The notes under the pieces are model-generated. The model was not told the DNA's origin. It saw nothing but the letters and a program-made list of their open reading frames with translations, and made no database searches. Shown in pieces: positions 1 through 11,929 of a stretch of 64,000 bases of DNA (position 1 is the first letter of the stretch; every line of letters starts with the position of its first letter). The stretch comes from Eledone cirrhosa. Lineage: Eukaryota. The stretch covers positions 247,628,001 to 247,692,000 of the forward strand of contig OZ024742.1 in assembly GCA_964016885.1 (NCBI GenBank), written 5' to 3'. A program made the translations under genes and the position numbers.

Positions 1-33
1 ACTATTATTATCATTGATATTATAAATAATCAG

Positions 34-73
<40 letters not shown>

Positions 74-80
74 TATTATT
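1..80. repeat. (TTA)n-rich microsatellite
   Basis: Direct reading of the sequence. Confidence 0.9.
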
Positions 81-946
81 ATATTTTTTCGTTAGCTATA
101 ATTAAAGGAGAGATCTGACATATGCAATATATACAATATTTTATTTCAAATTAAAATTCCTTTAAAAGTATTTCTTGTGGCTGGCTGTTTTCACCTTCGG
201 AATATTTCTATATCGATCTGATTAAAATTTCGAGAATCTTGATTGAAAATTCATTTAAAATTATTCACTGTGTTAGTCTATTTTTCTTGGGTAGAGAGAA
301 AATGTTGAATCCGCTCTGATGGATAACATCTATAACTCTAAAGTCCAACCCAATTAAATACTGTGTCTGACTGATTCTGCATCAAATTTACGTTAATAGT
401 AGAGCTGTCAGTCTAAAGCCCAAACACTTACACGTTAAATTATGAGTCGGACGAGTGGTTGATCGAATAGCTGGATGGTCATCCTCGAAAATTAGGGAAA
501 ACTCCAAAGATAACTTATAGACGCTCTGTGGTGCTAAGACTATAACACGTTTACAACAATATAATATATACGTATGAGACATGACAACCCATGACTAAAA
601 TTATCTCATTTATCATATTCTTATATTCCCGTTTCAATCAATTCTCTTATTCTTCTTGACCGCATTCATTTATTTCTTTACACCAGGACCAACACTCTTT
701 CCTCTATCATTTCTCCATCGTAATATATATATACATATATATGTACACAAACATATTTATAAGTACGCACACATTGATACACCCACCCATCCACACACAT
801 ACGCACACACATTCTAATTCTATTCCATAGTAAGAGTCAACTTATACAGCTTCATATGCAAATGAGATTAATCACCTCATTTACACAGATGAGAAAACTA
901 TATATTCTCACCTGTTTTTAAGTTCTGCAGCTGCAAAAGCGGGAGA

Positions 947-992
947 GATTGTCCTGATGAGAACCAGTTCAGTTCGAAATGCATCGACGATT
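947..992 (+). ncRNA. Type I minimal hammerhead ribozyme (family A)
   Basis: gattgtc-CTGATGA-gaac(cagttca)gttc-GAAA-tgca-TC-gacgatt. Stem I is 7 bp with 2 GU pairs, stem II is GAAC/GTTC, stem III is the palindrome ATGCAT. Predicted cleavage after AUC at 985. Confidence 0.88.
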
Positions 993-1165
993 GTCCCCCT
1001 TGCTTCTGCTCGACACCACCTGGTGGCGATAACTGTCGTTGTTTTTGCATAACTACTGCTTTCTAAATTTTTATGTACACACAGAGCGTATTTCATTAGA
1101 AATACGAAATTCCTATATAGGCACAACTATATATATATATATATACATATATATATGTAGAAACA

Positions 1166-1235
<70 letters not shown>

Positions 1236-1489
1236 TATATATATATATACACATATACATATATATAAATATACATTTACACATATATATCTCTATCTAT
1301 CTAATGCATTAAATGCATTGTCAATTGCGGATATGCAGAATATTGTTAAGTTGCATGTTTGCACAAATAGTGATAACTAGCAGTGTATCCCGGCGTTGCA
1401 CGGGTAAGAACATTGGTAATAGTACCTTAAATGAGAAAGGTTTATTTGTGAGCGCCTGTTAAAAACTCACGAACTGGACATGCTCACCG

Positions 1490-1705
1490 ACATCCAGAGT
1501 TGACACTGCACTCTGTGCTCCTGTGGGGCCCCCTGCATGGACACACTGGAAGAGGAAGACCGAAGTTAACATATGTTGATGCTCTAAGGACAGACACTGG
1601 TCAGTTGGAAACGCAGGACATGGCAGCGATAATGAGGGACAGAGACCGCTGGAGAGAACTCGTCGATGGATCTCGGGAATTTTACACGCCCTGGATAGAT
1701 AGATA
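1490..1705 (+). mobile_element. RTE-clade LINE 3' end fragment with (GATA)n tail
   Basis: Translation VLLWGPLHGHTGRGRPKLTYVDALRTDTG...MRDRDRWRELV matches the RTE ORF2 C-terminal GRP..T/DR..WR pattern. The 3' tip recurs at 2538-2600. Confidence 0.75.
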
Positions 1706-2013
1706 TGTATGTATATATATATATATATGTGCATATGTTTTTGTATATTTATGTATATCTATACATACATATACAAGTTAAATTATCTCTGTGTGTGTGT
1801 GACTCCTCATTTTTGCACCGTCAAGGAAGCACCAGAGATGTCACAGCCTCAGCGCGTGTTTCCGCATCATCAGCCACGGCATGCCCAGCCCTCCACGCAA
1901 CGGGTGTTGACAGCAGATGGATCGTCTGACCATGGGAACACGTCACTTCCATAAAAAGTGGAAGAGGAGGTGCTCCATTTTTGTCAGAATTGGGCCGGGG
2001 CAAGGCACAACGG

Positions 2014-2330
2014 TTAGGTGGTAGCAGATGACGGATGCGATGAACGACCTTTCAGGGACAACTTCCTCTCGGCCCATTTCTGGGTCAGATAGACCACCCT
2101 ATTCGTCACTTCGCTCCAATTTTTATCCATCTGGAGGTCCGGACCCAACCAGACCCCGAGCAATTTAACCAGTCCTTCCGTCCAGCGCCCCACGACGCTG
2201 TCGGGCGGCATGGACTTGTCTCTCCAGGTGCCGAGCTGGAAGCCCACTGACTTTTCCTGGTTTAACTTTGGTCCTGTCACTGCTTCATATTCCTTGAGAG
2301 CGGTGCCGAGCATCTGAACATTTCCAGCAC
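2014..2330 (-). mobile_element. Tx1/L1-clade LINE reverse transcriptase fragment
   Basis: YEAVTGPKLNQEKS...VKLLGVWLG...W..RKLSLKGR is typical of the L1/Tx1 RT C-terminal half. Confidence 0.8.
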
Positions 2331-2670
2331 TTGACTGGGCCGCTCTGATTATGTGCCTGTAGACTGAGGACTGTAAAACTGAGAGAGGGCGCTTGCCCTG
2401 GTGGTCAGGGTGGCCGTGGTGTTTTGTGTGGTTTTCGCCACCAGTGACACTCGGAAGTTTCCCCCTTATTGCGAAATATTTTCATTTTTTTATATTTCTA
2501 TCTTCTTGTTATAACCATTTTTATACGGCCAAAACCCACGCTGGAGAGAACTCGTCCATGGATCTCGGGAATTTTACCCGGCCAAATAGATAGATAGATA
2601 TATTTTTATGTGTATATTTATATGTACATATATGTATGTGTATATGTGTTTGTATATGTATGTATATATA

Positions 2671-2716
<46 letters not shown>

Positions 2717-3175
2717 GTGTGTATATGTATATATTTGTATATATATGTGTACATATATATATGTATACATATATATGTGTACATATATATATATATGTAT
2801 ATATGTGTGTGTGTGTGCGTGCATGCACGTGTGTGTGCGCGCGCGCGCGTGTGTGTGCGCGCGCGCGCGTGTGTGTGTGCGGGTGTGTGTGTGTGAATGT
2901 GGCGAAGATAGTACGTTAGCAATGACGTGTTAGTCATAATGTGTTGGTCATAATGCAGACAGCTGGCATACAGACAGATATTATTAGGGCACGACGGAGA
3001 TCGATAACCGGCACCTAACCACAGAAAATTGAAAAATAAAAGCTGCCGTTAATATCTTTAGACCGCAAGGAATATATAAATGCAAATTTGAAGTCAATCG
3101 GAGTAGAAATGTGGATTTGTATAGAATTTGCAAGAATGAGGACACACAGTCAACCTCAGTTATATATATATAGAT

Positions 3176-3360
3176 ATAATTGTTTCTACTTTTTGCACAA
3201 GGCCAGCAAATACATTACATTACTGGTACTTTATTTTATCGACCTCGTAAGGATGAAAGGCGAAGTTAACCTCGGCGGGATTTTAACTCATAATGATAAG
3301 GGCCGTAACTCTATGCGTCAAAGCATGGCGTCCGACCCTCTACCGATACTGCCAAGCCAC
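3176..3360 (-). mobile_element. tRNA-derived SINE (family S1)
   Basis: Reverse complement of the 3723-3915 copy; multiple copies in the window. Confidence 0.85.
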
Positions 3361-3722
3361 AATAATAATGAAAAGAATGAAAATAAAAAGGGGAGGAAAA
3401 ATTAATTTTCACATACATGTTCATTTAGAGAAAGAAGTCATTTCTCTGTCCATCCTACTCTGCTTATAGCTTGGTTGTGACAGGTAGTAGGAGAGGGTGA
3501 GGGGAGAGGATAGGGGAAGGAAGAGGAAGGAGGAGTTGTTTGCTGGCTGCTGTGAGAAGCCCTTTGAGGAGTGGTTGAAATTCCAGCCGGGTCTGATTTG
3601 AAAGGCCGATGACCTTAGTGTTGACCGGGGGGGGGGGGGGAGTTGATTGCTTCTAAAAATATCTATCTTGCTATCTTGGTATTTTTTATTTTCTTCCCCC
3701 TTTTATTTTAATTCTCTTCATT

Positions 3723-3915
3723 GTGGATTGGCAGTGTCGGTAGAGGATCGGACGCCATGCTTTGACACATAGAGTTACGGCCCTTGCCATTCTGAGTTCA
3801 AATCCTACCGAGGTTAACTTTGCCCTTCATTATTACGGGGTCGATAAAATAAAGTACCAGTAATGTACTGGTGAAATTGCTGGCCTTGTGCCAAAAGTAG
3901 AAACAATTATTATTA
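3723..3915 (+). mobile_element. tRNA-derived SINE (family S1), near full length
   Basis: A-box-like TGGCAGTGTCGG, B-box-like GAGTTCAAATCC, body ...GTCGATAAAATAAAGTACCAG..., (ATT)n tail; about 12 related copies in the window. Confidence 0.88.
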
Positions 3916-4009
3916 TTATCACTCTTTGTATAAATATGCAGCTTAACAATATTCTACATATCCGCAATTGACAATGCATTTAATGCTGAAACCGGTATGG
4001 TAAATAAAT

Positions 4010-4152
4010 TAATTGTTTCTACTATTGGCACAAGGCCAGCAATTACTCAGTACATTACTGGTATTTATTTTATCGACCCCGTAAGGATGAAAGACAAAGT
4101 TAACCTCGACGGGATTTGAACTCAGAATGGCAAGGGCCGTAACTCTATGTGT
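4010..4152 (-). mobile_element. SINE S1, 5'-truncated, with target-site duplication
   Basis: S1 homology; gtaaataaattaat on both sides (~4000-4013 and ~4156-4169). Confidence 0.8.
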
Positions 4153-4307
4153 ATAGTAAATAAATTAATGTTTTGATATCTCACTGAAAAAAATGTATTC
4201 AACATTTTCTACTGAAAGTATCTTTTTCTTTTCTACTATATATATATACATATATATATATTTATTAAAATAACAGATTAAAGTTTAAGCAAAGAATCGC
4301 TGCTTTC

Positions 4308-4356
<49 letters not shown>

Positions 4357-4994
4357 AGTGTAGGTATATAGTGTAGGTAGTAGGGTGAAGTATTGGCGTT
4401 GGTACCAAACGAAGAACTATATGCACAGGCAGAGTGTATATGATAGAAAACAATCTTTTGTGGCATTCTATACTCCATGCTGGAGTCGTGTCCATAACTC
4501 CTATGGGTCACGTTGAACCAATCCACTGCGAAACGTGTAACAGGTGCATTCACCATAAATATTTTTATATGTAAACGAAACTTTCTCGTTTTTCTATTAT
4601 ATATCATATCATATCATATCATATCATATCATATGTATATGTATATTAAGCCTTCTTCACTTCAAACTGCTGGAGTCGCTAATCATGATGGTGTTCAAAC
4701 TACAAAATAAACCGTCAGGTTTCATATCGTCTAAATAGAGTGTGCAAGCTGATTTGTTGCCATGTTTAAAGCTCCAATTAAAGATGTGTTTCCAGATATC
4801 AATACATTGAGAATTCAATGTAAGGTCTTATTGTAATGCTTCCTCTGTATACAAGTGTGTATGCATATTTCAGCAATATACGCACAATATACAACACAGC
4901 TTTGTTCACAAGTCTCTCTCTCTCTTTCTCTCTCTCCTTCTCATTCTATCGTTCTCTCTCTTTATATATATATTTATATATGTGTATATATGTG

Positions 4995-5065
<71 letters not shown>

Positions 5066-5089
5066 CACACACATACATACATACACACA

Positions 5090-5163
<74 letters not shown>

Positions 5164-5265
5164 CTTAAGGTAAATATTGATGCAATTCAATTCAAACACT
5201 CAACGTACTTTTTCCACATAGGAGTGACAGAGTATATATCGAATAGGAGTGACGGAGTATATATC

Positions 5266-5337
5266 GAATAAGAAAAAGCGAAGTAGTTTCAGATGTTACA
5301 GTCCTTTAATAAACATCTGAAACTACTTCGCTTTCTT

Positions 5338-5341
<4 letters not shown>
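5266..5341. repeat. Short inverted repeat (hairpin) abutting (TA)n
   Basis: gaataagaaa(aa)gcgaagtagtttcagatgtt ... aacatctgaaactacttcgctttcttattc; resembles a truncated Penelope-type palindromic insert. Confidence 0.8.
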
Positions 5342-5382
<41 letters not shown>

Positions 5383-5640
5383 AAAATTAAATTAAGGGTG
5401 TCATGTCAGAAATTTTACAAATTATTCCCTGTGATTGTTTCATGTTTATTTTAGATATTCTCAAAATAAATAATGGAAATATAGTCACTGTTTTTATGAA
5501 GACAAGAGTGACAACGGAAGTAAAAAAAAATTGCATAAAATTACCAGTTGAAAATTGCGAACAGATATCGTCCTCACCCTGTATATATATATATATATAT
5601 ATAGCTGTCAAAAGGCCGGAGCTCAGCCATCGGGGTACAT

Positions 5641-5835
5641 ATAATTGTTTCTATTTTAGGCACAAGGCCAGCAAATCATCCAGTACATTACTGGTACTTT
5701 ACTTTATCGACCCCGTATGGATGAAAGGTAAAGTTAACCTCAGCGGGATTTGAACTCAGATCGTAAAGGGACGTAACTCTTTGCGTCAAAGCATGGCGCC
5801 CGACCTTCTACTGATACTGCCAATCCAACGCCCTA
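5641..5835 (-). mobile_element. SINE S1, near full length
   Basis: Homology to 3723-3915. Confidence 0.85.
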
Positions 5836-5936
5836 AGATGTATATATAATAAGATGTATATATATATATAATAAGATGTAAGATCTATATAAAGAACTTG
5901 TTTTAACGGCTTCTAACTCCTTCATTCATTCATTTG

Positions 5937-6043
<107 letters not shown>

Positions 6044-6954
6044 TTGTTGAGTAACAGAGAACATTCATGAGAATTTGTGTATTTCTGTAAACGTACACGT
6101 GTTTCTGGAATACTCAGCCACATACACATACACACATAAACATTCATGTGCTTACACACACATACATATATACATTTATCTATTTATTTATTTATTTATT
6201 TCAATCCCAATGACTTTATATACTCATGCTTGTTGCCTGTCCGTGTTAGTTGTTCTATCCTTTGTATTAAGTACATATATATAAAACCACAAATATCTGC
6301 AAATAAAAAAAAATAATAAAGGGAGGTAATGGCTTGCTCCGAGCAAAGTAGCCATGTTTTATGGGGAACTTCAATGGCCGATATCTAACATACTACTGAG
6401 TATATGTATATGAAATAAAATCTTAGCGCAAGTTAAAGCTGTTTGCTTGGCCTTGTTTTTAATTCTGGTTGTGGATTAACGATAGTCAATGTGGCAGTGG
6501 TAGAGATAGTGGTAGCGATGGTGGTGGTAGTAGCGGTGGTAATGGTGATAGTGGTCTTGGAGGTGGAATAATGGAAAAGGTAATGATGTAGATGGTGGGG
6601 GAGTTGTGTTTACATGATGAATATCTGTGTGTGTAACTATGTATGTGTGGAAGGGTGATAGCTCTTTCTCTATGCGCGCGCGCGCACGTGTGTGTGTAGA
6701 TATGGATCAACAACTGTATTTAATTGTATAGTGAATAGTTGCGAGTTGGTAGGATGTTATGAATTAAGAGTAAGGTCGGCATATATTGATTGTCATTAAG
6801 ATGGATTGGTTTGTATACCTATGGGTAAAATATATGTCTAAATATGGTAGATAGGTGTATGTAAATATGGCGTATATATACGTATAATCATCGTAGTTAG
6901 ATGTGTGATACGTACAATGGGCATATTTGCGTAAACATGGTTGAGACATTATAT

Positions 6955-7007
<53 letters not shown>

Positions 7008-7705
7008 TTGTATATTAGTATGGCGGATATGTGTGTATAGAAATGATACATATACTATACACCATGGTATATAGCTGTTTATAACTATGATAATCAGTTG
7101 CATGTTAGGAAATTTGTTTAAGCTGCAGTAGCACTTAGTAGCATGTTTCGATCAATAATTGCACCCAATTTCATAGACGACAAAATCTTGTCATAAGAAG
7201 GTCACAAGAAAAAACGGGAAATAAGAAGGTGGCTTCAATTGATTGTGACAGAAGAGTTCTCAAGGATTAATTACGACAGCATGGAGATATGTTTGGTGCA
7301 TTTGCCATGGTTTTGATACATATATTCACTATGAAATTGTACGAAGCGATTAACCCCGCCTGGAATGAGAGATAATCTATCAAAGAAGTACTTAGAGATC
7401 AGCATTTATTTAGCTGGGAAACTTGTTAGGGAGGTAGATAAATATACAGAGATAAGAAAATAGAGCGGTTAAAATGTAGAGAGCTAGAAATAAATTTATA
7501 TAGGTGAAAAAAGGAGTGAGGTAGAAAGATTTTATATAGTAGGTAGGCAGAGAGCTGGCTAAGCAGGGAGGTAACTAGGTATGAACATAGAAAGATATAT
7601 ACTTTGGTAGCTAGGTACAGAGGGGTATATATACTAGGCTAGTTAGGTAGATATATATGTATATATGTAAGGAGTTGTAATCTGAGTTTTTCGAATATTA
7701 ATAAT

Positions 7706-7807
7706 TGTGTCTACTTTAGGCACAAGGCCAGAAATTACCCAGTGCATTACTGGTACTTTATTTTATCGACCCCGTAAGGATGAAAGGCAAAGTCAACCTC
7801 GGCGGGA
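7706..7807 (-). mobile_element. SINE S1 fragment with 16-bp TSD
   Basis: ttcgaatattaataat at 7690-7705 and 7808-7823 flanks S1 sequence. Confidence 0.85.
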
Positions 7808-7932
7808 TTCGAATATTAATAATAACATTGGATTCGTTTCCAATTATGCGAACAAGCCTCATTTTTATTTTTATAGCCTTGTCAGTAGAATGAACCCTTC
7901 ATTCTTGCTCTTGTGTTGGCATGCAAACAGAA

Positions 7933-7977
7933 ATGCAGACACTAATGTTTCTGGGTATCACCCTTCATCAGTACATC
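7933..7977 (-). ncRNA. Type I hammerhead ribozyme (family B)
   Basis: Reverse complement reads gatgta-CTGATGA-agggtgataccca-GAAA-ca(ttag)tg-TC-tgcatt; GUC cleavage triplet. Confidence 0.8.
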
Positions 7978-8082
7978 TCACTATTCACCTGCCAACTATC
8001 AGAGCTAGTGAAAATATATGCTATTTTCTAAAATATACAGTGACTGATTGGCCTGATTTGCATATTAGGAGGTGAACAGTGA

Positions 8083-8128
8083 GCTGTACTGATGAAGGGT
8101 GATACCCAGAAACATTAGTGTCTGCAGT
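8083..8128 (+). ncRNA. Type I hammerhead ribozyme (family B)
   Basis: gctgta-CTGATGA-a-gggt(gat)accc-a-GAAA-ca(ttag)tg-TC-tgcagt. Predicted cleavage after 8122. The first stem II position is an A/A mismatch. Confidence 0.8.
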
Positions 8129-8749
8129 TCTGTTTGCATGCAAACACAAGAGCAAGAATGAAGGGTTCATTCTACTGACATGGCTATAAACATAAAAATG
8201 AGGCTTGTTTGCATAATTGCAAACGAATCGAATGTTATTAATATTCGAAACTCTCAGATTACATTTATTGTATTCAGCCATGTAGAGCGAACATTTTACT
8301 TTTTATTATGTAAGGAGACATGTATTCATAAAGCTAGGTAGGGAGTTAAGTAGTTCTATAGCTAGGTTGGGAGTAGGGTAGGCATATTGCTAGTTAGGGA
8401 GCTAAGTATGTTCATATTTAGGTTCCGAGTTAGGTTGGCATATTGCGAGGCAAAGGGTGGTAGGCATATATATAGCTAGGCCGGCATAGCTAGGTAAGGA
8501 GTAAATAATCACGTAGTTAGTTTGGGTGTTAGGTAGGTATATTGCTAGATAAGAGTCTAGGTAGACATACAGATGGGTAGGGATATAGTCGGACATATTG
8601 TAAGAGAGAGACCTAGGTAGAGACATAAGTAGATATGTGATAAGTTCATATGTGATATAAATAAGAATGGTCAGAGAAATTAGTGGTAAAATTTAGTTTG
8701 CTCTACAGTAAGTGAAGGACAGCTCGAAGGCTATACACAAACAGACACA

Positions 8750-8781
<32 letters not shown>

Positions 8782-8937
8782 TATACAGCAGACGCACATA
8801 CACACATATACAGCAGACACACAGACTCACAGACACGCACAGACACAGACACAGACACAGACACACACACAAACACACACACACACACACATATATATAT
8901 TTATATATATATGTATATATATATGTATATATATATA

Positions 8938-8995
<58 letters not shown>

Positions 8996-9288
8996 AGCAT
9001 GCTGCGTGTAACAATGTTTTGCCTCGGTGTGTGAATGTGTGTGTGTGTATGAGCATGTCTGTCCTTGTCCGTATATGGATGTCTGCGTATATGTATGTCT
9101 CTCTGTGTCAGCGTCTGTCTTCCTATAATTCTGTATATGGCCTAAGAGGAGAGTCAATCTTGAAATCAATTTCATCAATAAATGACATTTCTTTGAATTC
9201 ATAAATTCATGATATCCTCGGGGGAGGGTGGGAACGTAAAAGTAGACGGATAAATAGAGACGAGAGAAGGAACACGGTTGAGAGTGAC

Positions 9289-9290
<2 letters not shown>

Positions 9291-9357
<67 letters not shown>
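9291..9357. repeat. (GA)n microsatellite
   Basis: Direct reading. Confidence 0.95.
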
Positions 9358-9366
<9 letters not shown>

Positions 9367-9982
9367 AGAAAAGATAGAAAGACCGAGAAAAAGTCGAAGA
9401 GAAAGAAGTATATTGAGAGATAAACAGAAAAAGAGTGAGGGCATAATATTTATTTCATACATGTATATATTTGGAAGAGGTCAGCTCCGTACTAAATACA
9501 ACCCATGCTTTAAAATATTTTCAATTCTCTTTATAAGATAATAGATTACACACGGCTTTTCAATAAATCTATTACTCGGATCTGATTGATGAAATAAAGA
9601 GAGAACAACGTCAAGTCAACATCATTCTGTTTTGGACAAATATAGAGAAAGATAAATATATAGATAAATAAATAAACATGTACATTCATATATAAATACA
9701 TAGATAAATAAAGAAATGTATGAATAAATATAAAAAAAATATGGAAATATAAATAAATAAATAATTGAATAAGTAGAGAATCGCCAGAAGAAATACGTTC
9801 ATGGTTTTGCAAATTACAGTGTTCCTAGTAACGGTGTCTGAGTTGACTTGTTTTCACCGAATGTTTATCAAACTGATGCAATGAAGAAATAAGGTTAACA
9901 TGGTAACTATTTTCAACACCGATGCACACACACAAACACACACACACACTGACACACGTGCGCGCACTCACACACACACATA

Positions 9983-10057
<75 letters not shown>

Positions 10058-10436
10058 GTAATAAAATGAAAACGAAATTTCATTTCACACTCTTAGTACG
10101 GCACTTACTCATCGTTTTCGGTGCGCCTGACCGATTTAACTCACTCGATATGCAAATTAGGCTGCTCAGCCGTTAATTTTCATAAGGAAAGTATATACTT
10201 TCGAACTTTCAACTATCTGGCAGATGGGTATACGGTGCTGGTGATAGCTAACAAGCTTGAAACTAGTACATCGTTCCTGTGTCAGTGTTGAACAAAAAGG
10301 TGACGTGGTTGCCATAACACCGTGCGGCATAAATTCAGGCTGTTCAGTTTGTTTACAAACGAACAAAGCGGGCGCTATAATAAGCGTCCGCTAAACTGAT
10401 GCGTACATATATGTATGTGTACCTGTATGTATATAT

Positions 10437-10468
<32 letters not shown>

Positions 10469-10764
10469 GCATGCTACTGTACGTCTGTATACATATATGT
10501 ATGTACGTATACATACATACTTATATATATATATATATATATATATAAGAAAAAGAAAATGATGACAAATTTTTCCCAGTGAAAAATAGTTTAATTAGGA
10601 ATAAGTATGAATTATAGCAATAAGTATAAATATAATAAGTAAAATAAATTAGTAATAAGTATTGGTTAGTATTCAGTTTATGTTTTAAGCTTTTACCGGT
10701 TGCGCATTTCTAATGCTTTTCAAAAATAATTTTGAGATAGAGCGCTTGAGATGTTCTATTTAAG

Positions 10765-10831
<67 letters not shown>

Positions 10832-11119
10832 TACTACCACGTAGACATAACATGTAGTAGCCGCCTCGAAGGTCTAGACTGTGGAGATCCTGATCTGGGT
10901 GTCAATCTCGGTCAGGATTTACTTAAAGGGGATCTTACTATTTTATCTATTATCTCTTCGTTGTAATACTCGTCTAAATAATAATATAAGATATTGAAAC
11001 TCACCCCACGGGCTTCAGTTGCTCTATGCCTGGGATATTTCTGTTAAGTTATTAATACTATTCATATATCTATCTATCTATATAATATATGATCAAAATA
11101 TGGTTAAAAGAGTTCCAAG

Positions 11120-11190
11120 TATTTTATTATGCGCGTTTCAAAAACAAATATCATCATGGGATGATATCTGCGGTTTCATCAGATAAAATA
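11120..11190 (-). ncRNA. Type I hammerhead ribozyme (family C)
   Basis: Reverse complement reads tattttat-CTGATGA-aaccgcagatatcatc(ccat)gatgatatttgttttt-GAAA-cgcgca-TA-ataaaata. Confidence 0.78.
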
Positions 11191-11528
11191 GGGATACATG
11201 ATATGAAGCTTAAAAAACACTTGTGAATGGTGAAGTTTTAAATCAACATATGAAAAATAATTTAAGATTGGGAAAAAGTGAGGGGGGTGGGTGGAAAAGG
11301 TAAGGAAGATTTAACTGGGCTTACGAGATCGGCAAAATATTTTCTACAACTCACGACGATGCACGGCTATGAAAGAAGGTGAACTTCATATGTGTTCCTG
11401 AAAACAGGCGTTAAACAAGACTTCTTATTATGAAGTCACTTTTTTCCCAATCTCATACACCAATCTTAAATTATTTTTCAAAACTTCACTATTCACAAGT
11501 GTTTTTTAAGCTTCATATCATGTATCCC

Positions 11529-11599
11529 TATTTTATCTGATGAAAACGCAGATATCATCCCATGATGATATTTGTTTTTGAAATGCGCATAATAAAATA
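11529..11599 (+). ncRNA. Type I hammerhead ribozyme (family C, long stem II)
   Basis: tattttat-CTGATGA-aaacgcagatatcatc(ccat)gatgatatttgttttt-GAAA-tgcgca-TA-ataaaata; 8-bp stem I, palindromic ATGCGCAT stem III, cleavage after 11591. Confidence 0.87.
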
Positions 11600-11770
11600 C
11601 TTGGAACTCTTTTAACCATCTTTTGATCTTATATTATTTATACTCCAGTCCTACAAACTGTAGAGTGCTACTTATCCGATATTTGCATTGCTTTATTGTG
11701 CTACAATAAAACTCACCTCCTACATTATCTATACATATATATATACATATGTACATAAACATATAACCCA

Positions 11771-11857
<87 letters not shown>

Positions 11858-11929
11858 GAACTGTAGTTGTCCTAAAGTACATATCATTAATAATAGACAA
11901 TCACAATTCTAGAGAATATGTGTAACAGA

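Larger units (their letters stand above)
1377..3174 (-). mobile_element. Probable non-autonomous Helitron-type element with nested LINE fragments
   Basis: Minus strand starts A|TCTATATATAT (3175|3174) and ends with a GC hairpin (cccg-tgcaacgc-cggg, ~1389-1404) followed by CTAG|T (1380-1376), matching Helitron terminal rules. That both ends belong to one element is inferred. Confidence 0.55.
7676..8263. mobile_element. Palindromic HHR-bearing element (Penelope-like inverted pLTR), left arm interrupted by a SINE
   Basis: Arms ~7808-7990 and ~8070-8250 are diverged reverse complements; each contains an HHR. Confidence 0.8.
11085..11725. mobile_element. Palindromic HHR-bearing element (family C, Penelope-like inverted pLTR)
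   Basis: ~11090-11275 and ~11440-11630 are reverse complements. Related copies at 16568-16927, 26148-26295 and 28489-29470, all flanked by (TA)n. Confidence 0.82.

Noticed and set aside
1850-1880. CTGATGA...GAAA on the minus strand; other isolated CTGATGA at ~12403, ~13348, ~23556, ~51231 and ~58153
   Set aside because: No stem II, stem I or NUH in register; treated as chance matches.
3723-3812. tRNA gene calls from A/B boxes (also 41330-41408 and ~10850-10920)
   Set aside because: No complete cloverleaf; the first two are SINE heads and the third is too degenerate to call.
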